A DNA stretch of 62,534 nt, counting the filler, from Limisphaerales bacterium (lineage in GTDB: Bacteria; Verrucomicrobiota; Verrucomicrobiia; Limisphaerales; SIBE01), in NCBI GenBank assembly GCA_044225505.1. It is 9 parts of 9 records of this genome, joined end to end, with 100 filler letters (N's around TTAATTAATTAA, not from the genome) between each part and the next. Parts side by side here need not be neighbours in the genome. Positions count along the whole stretch, not along the records: positions 24,446 to 55,580 come from JBGAIN010000094.1; positions 55,681 to 59,113 come from JBGAIN010000324.1; 7 more parts are not named here. One strand, 5' to 3'. The position numbers and the translations under genes were made by a program. The notes under the pieces were generated by a model. It searched no databases. It was not told where the DNA came from and saw only the letters and a program-made list of their open reading frames with translations. Shown piece after piece: positions 49,817-58,859 of this stretch. The first letter of the stretch is position 1; the number at the start of each line of letters is the position of its first letter.

Positions 49817-51223
49817 TCAGTCGGGCTGAACGGATCGCGCCGGGGCGGTTTTGGCAGGCCACAACAGCACGAGGAGAGTGCAGATCGCTGCGTTAACGTG
49901 CAAAACCCCCTCGGTTGCCAAACGTTGAGCCGTGAAACTGACCAAGGCTCGTTCCAGGTTGCCCACGATCATCCACCAGAGGAAGATTAAATATAGGAGC
50001 TGGCCGCGGCCCAGCGAACTTTCGGATATTACGTCGAGTCGCGAGCGAGTGTGGCGTACAAGAAGTGCCAGAACCATCAGAGCCAACAGGGCGTAAGCTA
50101 TGTTGAACCAAGCCTCGGCGGATAGTGAATAAAGGACTGCGGGCATACTCTTTGCCGCAACCCATACGGGCGGATTCTTGCTCAAGTTGACGTAGGTGAT
50201 CACGAGCAGGACAAACGCGACCGAGTATATCCGGGTTGCCCGGGTGAGGGACGGTTCGGTGGTAAGTTGGCGCTCGCGCTGGGACACCAAGAGTAAAGCG
50301 ACGCCAAGTCCGACGCCATTGATGAATCCGTAGGTCTGCTCCAAGATGCTATGCCAGTTTGCGGTCCAGCCGCTTTTGACTTCGACCAACTTCAGCATGG
50401 TGGCGGTGGCAAAGCCGAATCCACCAATAAAGCCGGTGACTAAGGAAGCTAGTGCGACCGAAGTCCAGCGTTGCCGACGCAGAAAAGCAATCAATCCGAG
50501 CACCATCCCTAAACAACCCGCCCAGTTATCGCCGCGAGGTGGAGTCATTCGCCAGTCAAGTAGGACAACGAGTCCCAGGAAACAAAGCCACCAGCCGACG
50601 GCCAGGTGCAGGATCAGCGAGCTGGCTAGATCCACCCGGCGCCGAATTGCCGCCAAACCCAACACCGCCACCGGGGCAGTCAGGGCGGCTAGCCAGTCGG
50701 TATCGAACCAGTAAAGGGGGCTGGCGTGGCGGAATTGACCATCAGGGCGCTCAATCCAGCCGACCACAACGTCTTGCAGGATCCAAGCGGCAAATACCGT
50801 GGTCACTGGGGCCAAGAACGCATGCAATTCGTCGCGGGAGAGCTGTGCTGGGAGAGCTGCGCCTGCGCCGCCGAGGGCTCCCCAAAGGGCGCCGATACAA
50901 AACAGGCACGTAAATCCATAAAGGACAGAGGGTGAATGTCCTGAGTGAGTGTACGCGATCACTTGCATATAGGACATGCTCCCTCCGAAAGACCAGCCCA
51001 ACGCCCCTAGAAACCCAAAGCAGCTGACTCGCGGCCACCAATCGCGTCGCCCGGACAATAAGACGGCTCCCATCGTCGCGAGCGCTCCGGGAATCATCGC
51101 TCCGTACTCGTGGCCAAAGTTACCACGAATCCCCCAGCCGATGGAGAGCGACAGTGCAGTCACCAGAATCAGCTGAGCAGCTCTAATTCGGTCTGTTGTC
51201 ATAACGGTGATGGAATCCATCAC
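49817..51223 (-). CDS. Conserved multi-pass membrane protein of unknown function
   Basis: About 12 TM segments; GWGIRGNFGHEYGA, FGGSMSY, RGDNWAG and NWHSILEQ conserved-looking motifs. Confidence 0.8.
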   Translation of the reverse strand: MMDSITVMTTDRIRAAQLILVTALSLSIGWGIRGNFGHEYGAMIPGALATMGAVLLSGRRDWWPRVSCFGFLGALGWSFGGSMSYMQVIAYTHSGHSPSVLYGFTCLFCIGALWGALGGAGAALPAQLSRDELHAFLAPVTTVFAAWILQDVVVGWIERPDGQFRHASPLYWFDTDWLAALTAPVAVLGLAAIRRRVDLASSLILHLAVGWWLCFLGLVVLLDWRMTPPRGDNWAGCLGMVLGLIAFLRRQRWTSVALASLVTGFIGGFGFATATMLKLVEVKSGWTANWHSILEQTYGFINGVGLGVALLLVSQRERQLTTEPSLTRATRIYSVAFVLLVITYVNLSKNPPVWVAAKSMPAVLYSLSAEAWFNIAYALLALMVLALLVRHTRSRLDVISESSLGRGQLLYLIFLWWMIVGNLERALVSFTAQRLATEGVLHVNAAICTLLVLLWPAKTAPARSVQPD

Positions 51224-51361
51224 GCACCCACCAGAGGGTTTTTGAGGCAGCTCTTTGCAGATCTACCCCCGACCGGATCCCGAAGCGAGGGAAATATGGG
51301 GACCGTATCGATCGAACGAAGGGGACTCTTCTGAATAACCGTGTGGATCTGCGGAAACCCT

Positions 51362-51391
51362 TTGACGCTACAATCTTTAGTGTGGTATAGG
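51362..51391 (+). promoter_or_regulatory. Possible sigma70 promoter for the nrdR operon
   Basis: TTGACG, 18-bp spacer, TATAGG with upstream TG. Confidence 0.3.
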
Positions 51392-51425
51392 AATCCGACC
51401 ACATTTAGAAGTGGTCTGCTCGGAT

Positions 51426-51881
51426 ATGCGTTGCACTAAGTGTGGATGGCAGGAAGACAAAGTAATCGACTCAAGGACGTCGAAAGAAGGGTCAACTATT
51501 CGCCGTCGCCGGGAGTGCCTAGCTTGCGGTCACCGCTTCACCACTTACGAGCAGATTGAGCATGAAGGGGTTATGGTGATAAAGAGGGACGGGCGAGCAG
51601 AGGAGTTCTCGAGGGATAAGTTGCTTTCGGGGATACGGAAAGCCTGTCAGAAGCGACCGGTAAGCGCTAAAGCGATCGAAGAATTAACGGCCAGGATCCT
51701 CGACGAAGTCAGCGAGAAGTTCGATCGGGAGGTGCCCTCCCTGGCATTGGGTGAGCGGGTGATGGAAGGGCTCAAAGAGGTCGATCATGTCGCGTATGTC
51801 CGTTTCGCTAGCGTTTACCGTCGATTCCAGGAAGCGAACGATTTCGTGCAAGCGGTGAAGACTCTGGAGGAAAAAACATGA
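51426..51881 (+). CDS. nrdR: Transcriptional repressor NrdR
   Basis: MRCTKC...VIDSR...IRRRRECLACGHRFTTYE; ATP-cone; VAYVRFASVYRRF. Confidence 0.97.
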   Translation: MRCTKCGWQEDKVIDSRTSKEGSTIRRRRECLACGHRFTTYEQIEHEGVMVIKRDGRAEEFSRDKLLSGIRKACQKRPVSAKAIEELTARILDEVSEKFDREVPSLALGERVMEGLKEVDHVAYVRFASVYRRFQEANDFVQAVKTLEEKT

Positions 51882-52432
51882 TTCAACTTCACAAAGACTA
51901 TCTTCTGTTTGAGACGTCTCAAGGGCAAGTGATTCCATGTTCGGCAGAAATGGTGGCCGTTGAGTTTATAGGTGATGCTGCTGCGTCTCTGGATCCATCG
52001 TTGGTCCAAGAAGCTGCGGCTGCGGTGCTGCACTATTTTAAAGAGGATCTAGGATGGACGACTGTTTCTGTCGGCGAGTTTTCCAAAGCGTTGTCCGAAG
52101 CCTTGCGTTCGCTAGGTCTCCGGATCGAGTCCGAAGAATCCGCTGCGGGCGGGAGCGTCCTAAGTTGCGACCTACGTCGTTTGGTTTCAGGGTCGGAGCG
52201 CTCGCTAGAGTTAAGTTTCTTTCCTTCGCTCCGTGAGGAACTGCGCGCATGCTTGGAGAAGTCTCCATCCGTCCTGAGATTTCACGGGTTGCGAGATTGT
52301 GTTAAAGCCCTGGTTGGAGCGCGCCGCTGGTGTGGGAAATGCGAGATGCTTAGCGATCAAATTGTTGAGTTTTTGAGGGCGTGTCTAGAGACAGAAAGGG
52401 CATTCGGTTCTTGCGGACTGATCGTTCGGTGA
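51878..52432 (+). CDS. Conserved hypothetical protein coupled to nrdR
   Basis: ATGA overlap with nrdR; AVLHYFKEDL, ELSFF and GLRDCVKALVGARRW. Confidence 0.8.
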   Translation: MIQLHKDYLLFETSQGQVIPCSAEMVAVEFIGDAAASLDPSLVQEAAAAVLHYFKEDLGWTTVSVGEFSKALSEALRSLGLRIESEESAAGGSVLSCDLRRLVSGSERSLELSFFPSLREELRACLEKSPSVLRFHGLRDCVKALVGARRWCGKCEMLSDQIVEFLRACLETERAFGSCGLIVR

Positions 52433-52495
52433 ACCATGAAGTTATTTGGGGTTACAGCGAATCTAATACGCACACGAACGGCCCAGGCCTAAAGT

Positions 52496-52840
52496 ATGAG
52501 CAAGACGCTTTTTGAGAAAATCGCGGCCCGGGAAATACCCGCGGAAATTGTTTACGAAGACGACCTGGTGATTGCGTTCCGCGACATTAAACCAGCCGCC
52601 CCCGTCCACATATTAATTGTGCCGCGGCGTGGGATCCCCCGGATTGCGGAAGCGACGCCGGAGGATCACCAGATCCTTGGTCATCTTCTTCTTAAAGCCG
52701 CCGAAGTCGCTGCCAAAGTGGGCTTGGCTAGTGATGGCTACCGATTGGTCATTAATAATGGGCGGGACGCAGGCGAATCCGTGCCGCATTTGCACTGCCA
52801 TATCCTCGGGGGGAGGTCCCTGAGTTGGCCGCCTGGCTGA
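52496..52840 (+). CDS. hinT: Histidine triad (HIT) nucleotide-binding protein
   Basis: FEKIAAREIPA; FRDIKPAAPVH; VPHLHCHILGG. Confidence 0.93.
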   Translation: MSKTLFEKIAAREIPAEIVYEDDLVIAFRDIKPAAPVHILIVPRRGIPRIAEATPEDHQILGHLLLKAAEVAAKVGLASDGYRLVINNGRDAGESVPHLHCHILGGRSLSWPPG

Positions 52841-52952
52841 TCTCAAATCGTGGCCTCACTGGACCGTCGCGCGCATTACCCGGAAAGCCGAAACTTTGGC
52901 ACCGTTGAGCTGGCTATGGCGTTTGTCTCCAGCTATTGATTGGGTAGCGCCC

Positions 52953-54212
52953 TTAACCGAAAGAAATACGGGGCAAGAGTGGGATTCTTGCTTGGACTCG
53001 AACGATGGCAAAGAACAATTCAAGTCGCCAGCGGAGTGCCCATCCTCCGTCCAATTCTCCAGCGAGGACGGCTGTGACCGCGGCCGGCAAATCGAGCCGA
53101 TGGCGGGGCTCGAGAAAGACCTCCATAAAAGGAGTCGTGTAAAAACCTTCTACCATTCGCCAATAAAGTTTCATGCCGCGATACAGACGTTTTTCATACG
53201 CTCGGAGGGCGGTGCTGCCGTCATTTCCCTTAGCGAGCGAGTCAATGATTAAGTTGGCAGCGAGTTTCCCAGAGTGCATTGCCAGGAAGACGCCCGCGGA
53301 GAAGATTGGGTCCATAAACCCCGCAGCGTCTCCCACACGGATTAAACGCGGTCCCACTAGCCGCTCGTTCGTATAAGAAAAGTCGCTCGTAGTTTGGATC
53401 GGGCCGAGAGCGACGGCCTTTTCCATGCGTGCTTGCAGGGTAGGGCTCCCGCGCCACAGTTGTTTGAACAGTTCAGCTGGTTTTTCGTCGGCGTTGGCAA
53501 AGTCGCCCTGATCCAGGACGCAACCGACGCTCACCTTCTCAGGCGACAAGGGGATAACCCAGAACCATTTGTTGTCCAGTCGTACGATAACGGTATCTCC
53601 CGATGCAGGCCCCGAGTCGAGGCGCACACCCGAGAAATGTCCAAACACCGCCACCTTCTTGTGTCGAGGATGGATGCGTCGCAGGCTTTGCTGATTCCCT
53701 GTAAGGTTCGATCGTCCAGTCGCATCGACGAGAAACCGACCTTGAAACAACTGCCGCGAGCCGCTCGGTCCAGAAGCTTCCGCCTCAACTGAGGAAGCCT
53801 CGTTTGTGGTCCGACCTACCGTCCAACCTTCGCGGACTTCAGCACCTGATTTCGCGGCGTGTTTTAGCAGTAAATGGTCGAACGTGGATCGCTCGACCTG
53901 GAAGGCGATGGGCTCGTGAGTAAAGCGGCCATTTCGGAAAACGAGAGAGAGGGCTTTGCTGCCATTGCCCAAGTGAAACTGGGCGCCCTGCTTAACCGTG
54001 AACCCGGCGGCTGCAAGATCGCTGAGTACTCCCATCTCCTCAAAGATCCGCCGATTGTAAGGCAACAGGGACTCACCAATATGGAACCGCGGGAATAACT
54101 CCTTTTCCAATAGCAGGACCTTTTTGCCCGCGCGTGCTAAGAATGTCGCGGCCGACGTGCCGCCCGGGCCACCTCCAATGATGATGGCGTCATACACAGT
54201 AGAACTCTGCAT
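52953..54212 (-). CDS. FAD-dependent oxidoreductase of flavin-dependent halogenase type
   Basis: GGGPGG; FPRFHIGESLLP; VKQGA; WFWVIP; GDAAGFMDPIFSAG. Confidence 0.85.
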   Translation of the reverse strand: MQSSTVYDAIIIGGGPGGTSAATFLARAGKKVLLLEKELFPRFHIGESLLPYNRRIFEEMGVLSDLAAAGFTVKQGAQFHLGNGSKALSLVFRNGRFTHEPIAFQVERSTFDHLLLKHAAKSGAEVREGWTVGRTTNEASSVEAEASGPSGSRQLFQGRFLVDATGRSNLTGNQQSLRRIHPRHKKVAVFGHFSGVRLDSGPASGDTVIVRLDNKWFWVIPLSPEKVSVGCVLDQGDFANADEKPAELFKQLWRGSPTLQARMEKAVALGPIQTTSDFSYTNERLVGPRLIRVGDAAGFMDPIFSAGVFLAMHSGKLAANLIIDSLAKGNDGSTALRAYEKRLYRGMKLYWRMVEGFYTTPFMEVFLEPRHRLDLPAAVTAVLAGELDGGWALRWRLELFFAIVRVQARIPLLPRISFG

Positions 54213-54301
54213 GCAAAAGTAATCTCCGTCCCTGGTAAAGGGATAAGAGACTTGTGATGAACTCGCAAGAAGGAATCTCGCTCCGGTCGAATTTGAGCTC
54301 G

Positions 54302-54571
54302 TTAATGAGCGCTTCCGCCAGAGTGTTTCTCGATGGCAGAAGCGATCGTTCGCACGCTGTGCAGAACTTCCTTGGCCGCGGCTGGGTCCGGAATCTTTAA
54401 GCCAAAGCTTTTTTCTAGGGCCACAACAAGTTGCAGGGCGTCGACTGAGTCAAGTCCAAGGCTACCTGGGCCAAAGAGCGGTTGATCTTCGCCGATCTCC
54501 GTCTCGGTAACCTGAAGCATTAGATTCTCGATCATCAGCTTCTTAATGCGATCGGTAAGTGCCAATTCCAT
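54302..54571 (-). CDS. Acyl carrier protein
   Basis: LGLDSVDALQL phosphopantetheine-attachment motif. Confidence 0.92.
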   Translation of the reverse strand: MELALTDRIKKLMIENLMLQVTETEIGEDQPLFGPGSLGLDSVDALQLVVALEKSFGLKIPDPAAAKEVLHSVRTIASAIEKHSGGSAH

Positions 54572-54931
54572 GTTTTTGCTCAATGGTGCCATGGCTCATT
54601 GGACCTGGCGAGCTTTGGCCAAACGGATTCGTCGGCTCCGCACAAGTCCTCGCTGCGCCAATTCAGCGACTCGGTAACATTCGGCGGTCTCAGATTGGCC
54701 GGCAATGGTGCGGCGCCGTCGTGCCCAATGCGCCCAATTTTTTTGACGGAAAGGAGCGAAGCCGCAGGCCGATTTTGCTCAACCCGCTGGGCGAAGTTCT
54801 TAGTGCCGCCAGCTTTGTGGCTCGCTCCTCGCAGACCACTGCGCCCATGGCCTGTCGCTCGCGTTTTGCTGGCTCGCCAGGATTTGGCCGCCAATGTCGT
54901 GGTGACTCTGAATCTGAATCGGGCACTCGGC

Positions 54932-55579
54932 CTAATCGCAAGGCAGGCCTGAACGTGCAATATATGCTCCGATTGTTTGTTGGTTACATCCAACCACGCT
55001 GATAACGGCCCCTGAGAGTTCGCTTTGCATTAGGTAGTCCGTAGCAGCGACGCATTGCCAAGCTGAACTGCTGGCCAGTCCGTCGCCAAGGATTACCTTG
55101 GGAGAGAGTCGAACCCCTGGCCAATTGGCCCAAGTCTTGGCCTCAACCGCATCGGCACGCAGAATTCCTTGCTGACTATCGCAAAGCAGAACTCTCTTGT
55201 CGTCGGCGGGAAGTTGGATGCGCATCTGGGCCAGGCACGATTCACGGCTGCGTCCATGCACGTAGTTGTGAGCGTCTGTGATCGATTGGAGTTCGATGCC
55301 GAGGCGACTGTCCGATGTGGATTTTAGATAAATGGCGCCTGCGCCTTCACTGACGATGGAATTCCGCTGGAAGCGCCGGGCGGCATCTGCAATCAACCAG
55401 TCCAATTCCTCAGCACCTACCACCACGCACCCATCGATCTTGTCTTCTCGAAGCCACTGCGCTCCTAAGGCGAGACCGATCAGAAACATTCCTGGATCAC
55501 CAACCAACGTATAAGCGATCGCTGTGCTTCCGAGGAGCGAGGCAAGGTGGCTGGCGGGGGCATTGAAGACGGTTTCGGA
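54932..55579 (-). CDS. Beta-ketoacyl synthase-like protein (CLF-like), 5' truncated
   Basis: SETVFNAPASHLA, VVVGAEE, SEGAGAIYL and SPKVILGDG; no catalytic Cys at TLVGD. Confidence 0.8.
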   Translation of the reverse strand, partial: SETVFNAPASHLASLLGSTAIAYTLVGDPGMFLIGLALGAQWLREDKIDGCVVVGAEELDWLIADAARRFQRNSIVSEGAGAIYLKSTSDSRLGIELQSITDAHNYVHGRSRESCLAQMRIQLPADDKRVLLCDSQQGILRADAVEAKTWANWPGVRLSPKVILGDGLASSSAWQCVAATDYLMQSELSGAVISVVGCNQQTIGAYIARSGLPCD

Positions 55580-55580
55580 G

Positions 55581-55680
55581 NNNNNNNNNNNNNNNNNNNN
55601 NNNNNNNNNNNNNNNNNNNNNNNNTTAATTAATTAANNNNNNNNNNNNNNNNNNNNNNNNNNNNNNNNNNNNNNNNNNNN
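55581..55680. other. Artificial contig linker
   Basis: N44-TTAATTAATTAA-N44. Confidence 0.99.
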
Positions 55681-55688
55681 GGGCCAGT

Positions 55689-55994
55689 ATGTTCGGCTAT
55701 CGATTCAAGCGGCGAGTCTTCTGGAAGCTGACGCAGCTGAGCAGCATTGTTGTAATGCGGCCTCGGCTGATCGCATCCGTGTGCGCGCTGTCGGTCTGTA
55801 TGGCCATCCTGTTAACCTTTTCCAGCCGCTGGGTGTTCGCGTCCAAAGTCACGATTCATGTGAGGGATTTGTGCGGGAAGTGCGGCGTGATTCACAATCC
55901 ATCCGTGGATTGCCTCTCCGTCCAAGTGGGCTTCGACATTCGCAAGCTGAAAAATCTGCCATACGGGATGCAAGGTGAAGGATCTTTGCCCTAA
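55689..55994 (+). CDS. Cassette 1: hypothetical protein
   Basis: Stop TAA lies inside attC R'' (CCCTAAC); hydrophobic segment and CxxC; frame uncertain. Confidence 0.5.
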   Translation: MFGYRFKRRVFWKLTQLSSIVVMRPRLIASVCALSVCMAILLTFSSRWVFASKVTIHVRDLCGKCGVIHNPSVDCLSVQVGFDIRKLKNLPYGMQGEGSLP

Positions 55995-56114
55995 CGAATC
56001 AATGAACACGAACTGCCGCTACTTCCTTCTCGTTCGGAGGCACCGGGCAATTTGGGAGCCATTTGCGCGATCAAACTTTCCCTTCAGCGGCGGTCGGTTA
56101 TTTCAACGTTCGCC
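55989..56114 (+). repeat. attC site 1
   Basis: CCCTAAC...AAT(G)AAC...ACTGCCGCT // AGCGGCGGT...GTTATT...GTTCGCC. Confidence 0.85.
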
Positions 56115-56127
56115 CAGAGTCTTGGCA

Positions 56128-56622
56128 ATGAAGCGCTGTGGCAGAGTTCGAAATGCGGCAATTGTTCTCGGGCTGGTCCTGGTGGTGCTCGGCGTGACCA
56201 TATGGCGGATGGCTATCTCGGATCAGATCCCAATTCACGTCACGTCTGATAGGCCGATCATCGTTCTGCGTGAACTGTCGCCAGCCGACGTGGCCGAGAT
56301 TGTGGAGCGCGTGCGCAAATACAAGCGACAAAGCGATAAATCAGCCCTTCGCCGGTTTGGCCTCAGCGGGGCTCCCAGCGTCTTGTGTCGGCACTTCTTT
56401 GAGCCTATCCGCGAGATGGAAATTGAGCGCGACGGCAGTGTGACCGTTCTAGCGAGGAGCACTCGTGAACGGCCCCCGACTGGGACAAAGCCGAACCCAA
56501 GGTATTCGGGCTACGGGCGCAGTTACCGAATGGTGAAGGAAACTAACGCTTGGCAGGTAGCTGGAACAGGAGGCTTTACTGCTGGCAGCAAGATCGTGAC
56601 AATCAGCTATAGTGGCCAATAG
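56128..56622 (+). CDS. Cassette 2: hypothetical protein with N-terminal TM
   Basis: ATG 13 bp after attC1; stop 9 bp before attC2. Confidence 0.75.
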   Translation: MKRCGRVRNAAIVLGLVLVVLGVTIWRMAISDQIPIHVTSDRPIIVLRELSPADVAEIVERVRKYKRQSDKSALRRFGLSGAPSVLCRHFFEPIREMEIERDGSVTVLARSTRERPPTGTKPNPRYSGYGRSYRMVKETNAWQVAGTGGFTAGSKIVTISYSGQ

Positions 56623-56631
56623 AAAAACGAG

Positions 56632-56760
56632 GGCTAACAATCGGGTAGAGCAGAACCGCCGCCCCGCGCCGCGGTTTCGGAGCTGCACTGGCAACTTGAT
56701 CGCGACCACAGCTTCCGTGAGCACGTCTCCAGCGGCGGTCGCTCACCCGAGGCGTTAGCC
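56632..56760 (+). repeat. attC site 2
   Basis: R'' GGCTAAC, 5 nt, L'' GGT(A)GAGC ... L' GCTCACC, 6 nt, R' GTTAGCC: canonical spacing. Confidence 0.93.
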
Positions 56761-56773
56761 CTTACCACGCGCT

Positions 56774-57109
56774 ATGAGCTCGCCAGCGATTTACGTTTAC
56801 GTAGACGTGGATGACACATTCGTTCGTAGTACCAGTTCCAAGCGCATCCCCATCCCCAGCGCGATTCGGCACATTCGTGCTTTGAAGGACCAGGGGGCGG
56901 TTCTTTACTGCTGGAGCTCGGGCGGGCGGGATTACGCTCGGCGAAGTGCCGATGAGTTCGGGATTGCTGATTGCTTCGAGGCATTCCTACCCAAGCCAAA
57001 CGTGCTTCTGGATGACATGTCGATGACCGCATGGCCGAGGTTCATTACAATTCATCCGGGCAGCTGCAATACCCAGACTTTGGAAGATTACAGGAGACAG
57101 CTGAAATGA
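56774..57109 (+). CDS. Cassette 3: minimal HAD-like hydrolase (DUF705-like)
   Basis: YVDVDDT (DxDxT), WSSGG, KP and LLDD motifs. Confidence 0.8.
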   Translation: MSSPAIYVYVDVDDTFVRSTSSKRIPIPSAIRHIRALKDQGAVLYCWSSGGRDYARRSADEFGIADCFEAFLPKPNVLLDDMSMTAWPRFITIHPGSCNTQTLEDYRRQLK

Positions 57110-57110
57110 G

Positions 57111-57203
57111 GGCTAACCAGCCAACTGAACCGAACTCGGCAAGAACACTGAGGTTCCAAATCGAAGCCAACGGGCGCCGAGTCGGTTACCGGCGTCGTTC
57201 GGC
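57111..57203 (+). repeat. attC site 3
   Basis: GGCTAAC...T(G)AACCGA(A)CTCGGC // GCCGAGTCGGTTA...GTTCGGC. Confidence 0.85.
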
Positions 57204-57209
57204 GAAGAA

Positions 57210-57506
57210 ATGCCAATGAGACTACGCCTGCCCATATCAGCGAGCTATGACCGCCCGATTTTCGAAGCTCTAGCGATGCAAATCGTTTTAGGCCTGCTGA
57301 GTGGAATGATTCTGGATGGAGGACTGGTTGCGCAGTTCTGCGGGATCGCTTTGGTCGCTTTTTGGACGGGCGCAGCCGTTCTGATCTGGAGGCATCCTCA
57401 GTCCCCGTCAAAACTGGACCTCTCCCTGGTTCGGGTTGGGTATTTGCCTGTAGTCGCTCTCGCGTTTTTCGTGGCTCCAGTGGTTTGGCGTTTGAGGGGG
57501 ATCTGA
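57210..57506 (+). CDS. Cassette 4: small 3-TM membrane protein
   Basis: 98 aa, hydrophobic, MILDGG motif; bounded by attC3 and attC4. Confidence 0.8.
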   Translation: MPMRLRLPISASYDRPIFEALAMQIVLGLLSGMILDGGLVAQFCGIALVAFWTGAAVLIWRHPQSPSKLDLSLVRVGYLPVVALAFFVAPVVWRLRGI

Positions 57507-57516
57507 TGAGGGGAAC

Positions 57517-57642
57517 GCCGAACAAATCGATGATGGCGAACCGCCGCTGCGCTAATCCGCTCGCCGCGGAGTGGAAACTTGGGCGTGCAGTTCACGCCCT
57601 CGCATTACTCCCAGCGGCGGTCGCATATCTCCATCGTTGGGC
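57517..57642 (+). repeat. attC site 4
   Basis: GCCGAAC...GAT(G)ATG(G)CG(A)ACCGCCGCTG // CAGCGGCGGTCGCATATC...GTTGGGC. Confidence 0.9.
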
Positions 57643-57653
57643 AGCGTAGCGCG

Positions 57654-58118
57654 ATGCATTTCACAGTGACAGTGTTGGTTGGCGCCTATGGCATTGGCGA
57701 CGTTCTGTTGAAGCGACCACCGGAGTTGCGCTTGTTAGAGGATCTCTTCGGCGAAGGTCGGGTGCGGAAGCCTAATCCGGAGTTTAGCCGAGCGAAATCG
57801 ACGATTCATACTTTTGACGAAGCAGGTGTGTGGCTCTACGAGGAAGGCAAAGTGGTAAAACAAGTGTCCTTTCTCTTCTGCGAGCCACTTCCTCGGGTTG
57901 ACTTCCATCCGGCAAAGGTTTTCTGCGGCGCTCTAAGCATCAGCGGCAGGAAGGTCAAGTGCGTCGATGACTTCTTTGCCGTCGAATCTGACGAGATGGA
58001 CTTAAACGAATGGGAAACAGAAGGTTCGGCCAGCATGACTCTCGGCAGGCTTCGCTGTGACCTTTGGCGTAACCCGAAATCCCGAGCGATACAGGACATT
58101 TCGCTTTGGTTTCCATGA
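57654..58118 (+). CDS. Cassette 5: hypothetical protein
   Basis: ATG 11 bp after attC4; stop 4 bp before attC5. Confidence 0.75.
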   Translation: MHFTVTVLVGAYGIGDVLLKRPPELRLLEDLFGEGRVRKPNPEFSRAKSTIHTFDEAGVWLYEEGKVVKQVSFLFCEPLPRVDFHPAKVFCGALSISGRKVKCVDDFFAVESDEMDLNEWETEGSASMTLGRLRCDLWRNPKSRAIQDISLWFP

Positions 58119-58122
58119 TCAT

Positions 58123-58212
58123 GCCCAACCACCGAATGCATCGAGTACCGCGAGTAAACCAAACCAGAAGTCGACCACTTGGGCGCGGTGTCGATGATTC
58201 GGACTGTTAGTC
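58123..58212 (+). repeat. attC site 5
   Basis: GCCCAAC..CCGAAT(G)CATCGA(G)TACCGCG // CGCGGTGTCGATGATTCGG...GTTAGTC. Confidence 0.9.
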
Positions 58213-58224
58213 CACTGCGCAGTC

Positions 58225-58710
58225 ATGCCACTTACCAGCCGAGTTCGACCGCGAATAGGAGACATCATCGAGATTCCGACCCCGAAGGGGCTTGCTTATG
58301 CGCAGTTCACACACAAGCATGACACACCTCCTCGTTTCGGTGCGCTTCTCCGGGTGTTGCCCGGCCTTTTTGCTCAACGGCCTGTGGATTTTGCAGACTT
58401 GGTCTGTCGGCAGCCAGCGTTCAGCACGTTTTTCCCGTTGGGCGCTGCGTGTAACCGCGGCATTGTCCGTGTCGTGGCATCAGAGGAGATTCCCCGACAT
58501 TCAGAGTCTTTTCCGATCTTCCGCAGTTCGCATCGCGACAAGACTGGCAAACGAGCAGGCCCATGGTTTCTTTGGGACGGACAGCGCGAGTGGAGAGTGG
58601 AGGATTTGAGTAACGAGCAGCTTCGAGACTATCCCCCGCGTGGCATCTGGAACGACACATTGCTTATAGAGCGGATCCTGGCGGGGTGGAGGCATGAGCA
58701 CGATGTCTGA
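58225..58710 (+). CDS. Cassette 6: Imm26-like putative immunity protein
   Basis: RIGDIIEIPTPKGLAYAQ...GALLRV N-terminus and GIWNDTLLIERILAGW C-terminus resemble Imm26-type proteins. Confidence 0.6.
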   Translation: MPLTSRVRPRIGDIIEIPTPKGLAYAQFTHKHDTPPRFGALLRVLPGLFAQRPVDFADLVCRQPAFSTFFPLGAACNRGIVRVVASEEIPRHSESFPIFRSSHRDKTGKRAGPWFLWDGQREWRVEDLSNEQLRDYPPRGIWNDTLLIERILAGWRHEHDV

Positions 58711-58716
58711 CAAATG

Positions 58717-58845
58717 GACTACCCACCGCGAGGACCGGAACTGCTGCTGCTACTCCCGGTTCGATCCTTGCCGGGAAGCTCTGACGAGCTATTATAACAG
58801 CGTGAGACCTTTTCCAGCAGCAGTCGGTCACGCGGACCGTTCGGC
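58717..58845 (+). repeat. attC site 6 with mutated R'' (ACC instead of AAC)
   Basis: GACTACC..CCGCGA(G)GACCG(GA)ACTGCTGCTG // CAGCAGCAGTCGGTCACGCGG...GTTCGGC. Confidence 0.85.
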
Positions 58846-58859
58846 TGCATAGCCCAAGC

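Noticed and set aside
54580..54993. ORFs between the KS-like gene and the ACP
   Set aside because: No frame gives a recognisable or compositionally plausible protein; treated as intergenic.
55989..58845. Regularly spaced related palindromes considered as a CRISPR array or terminators
   Set aside because: The spacers are whole genes, the repeats are 90-129 bp and non-identical with attC R/L boxes, and there are no cas genes or U-tracts.
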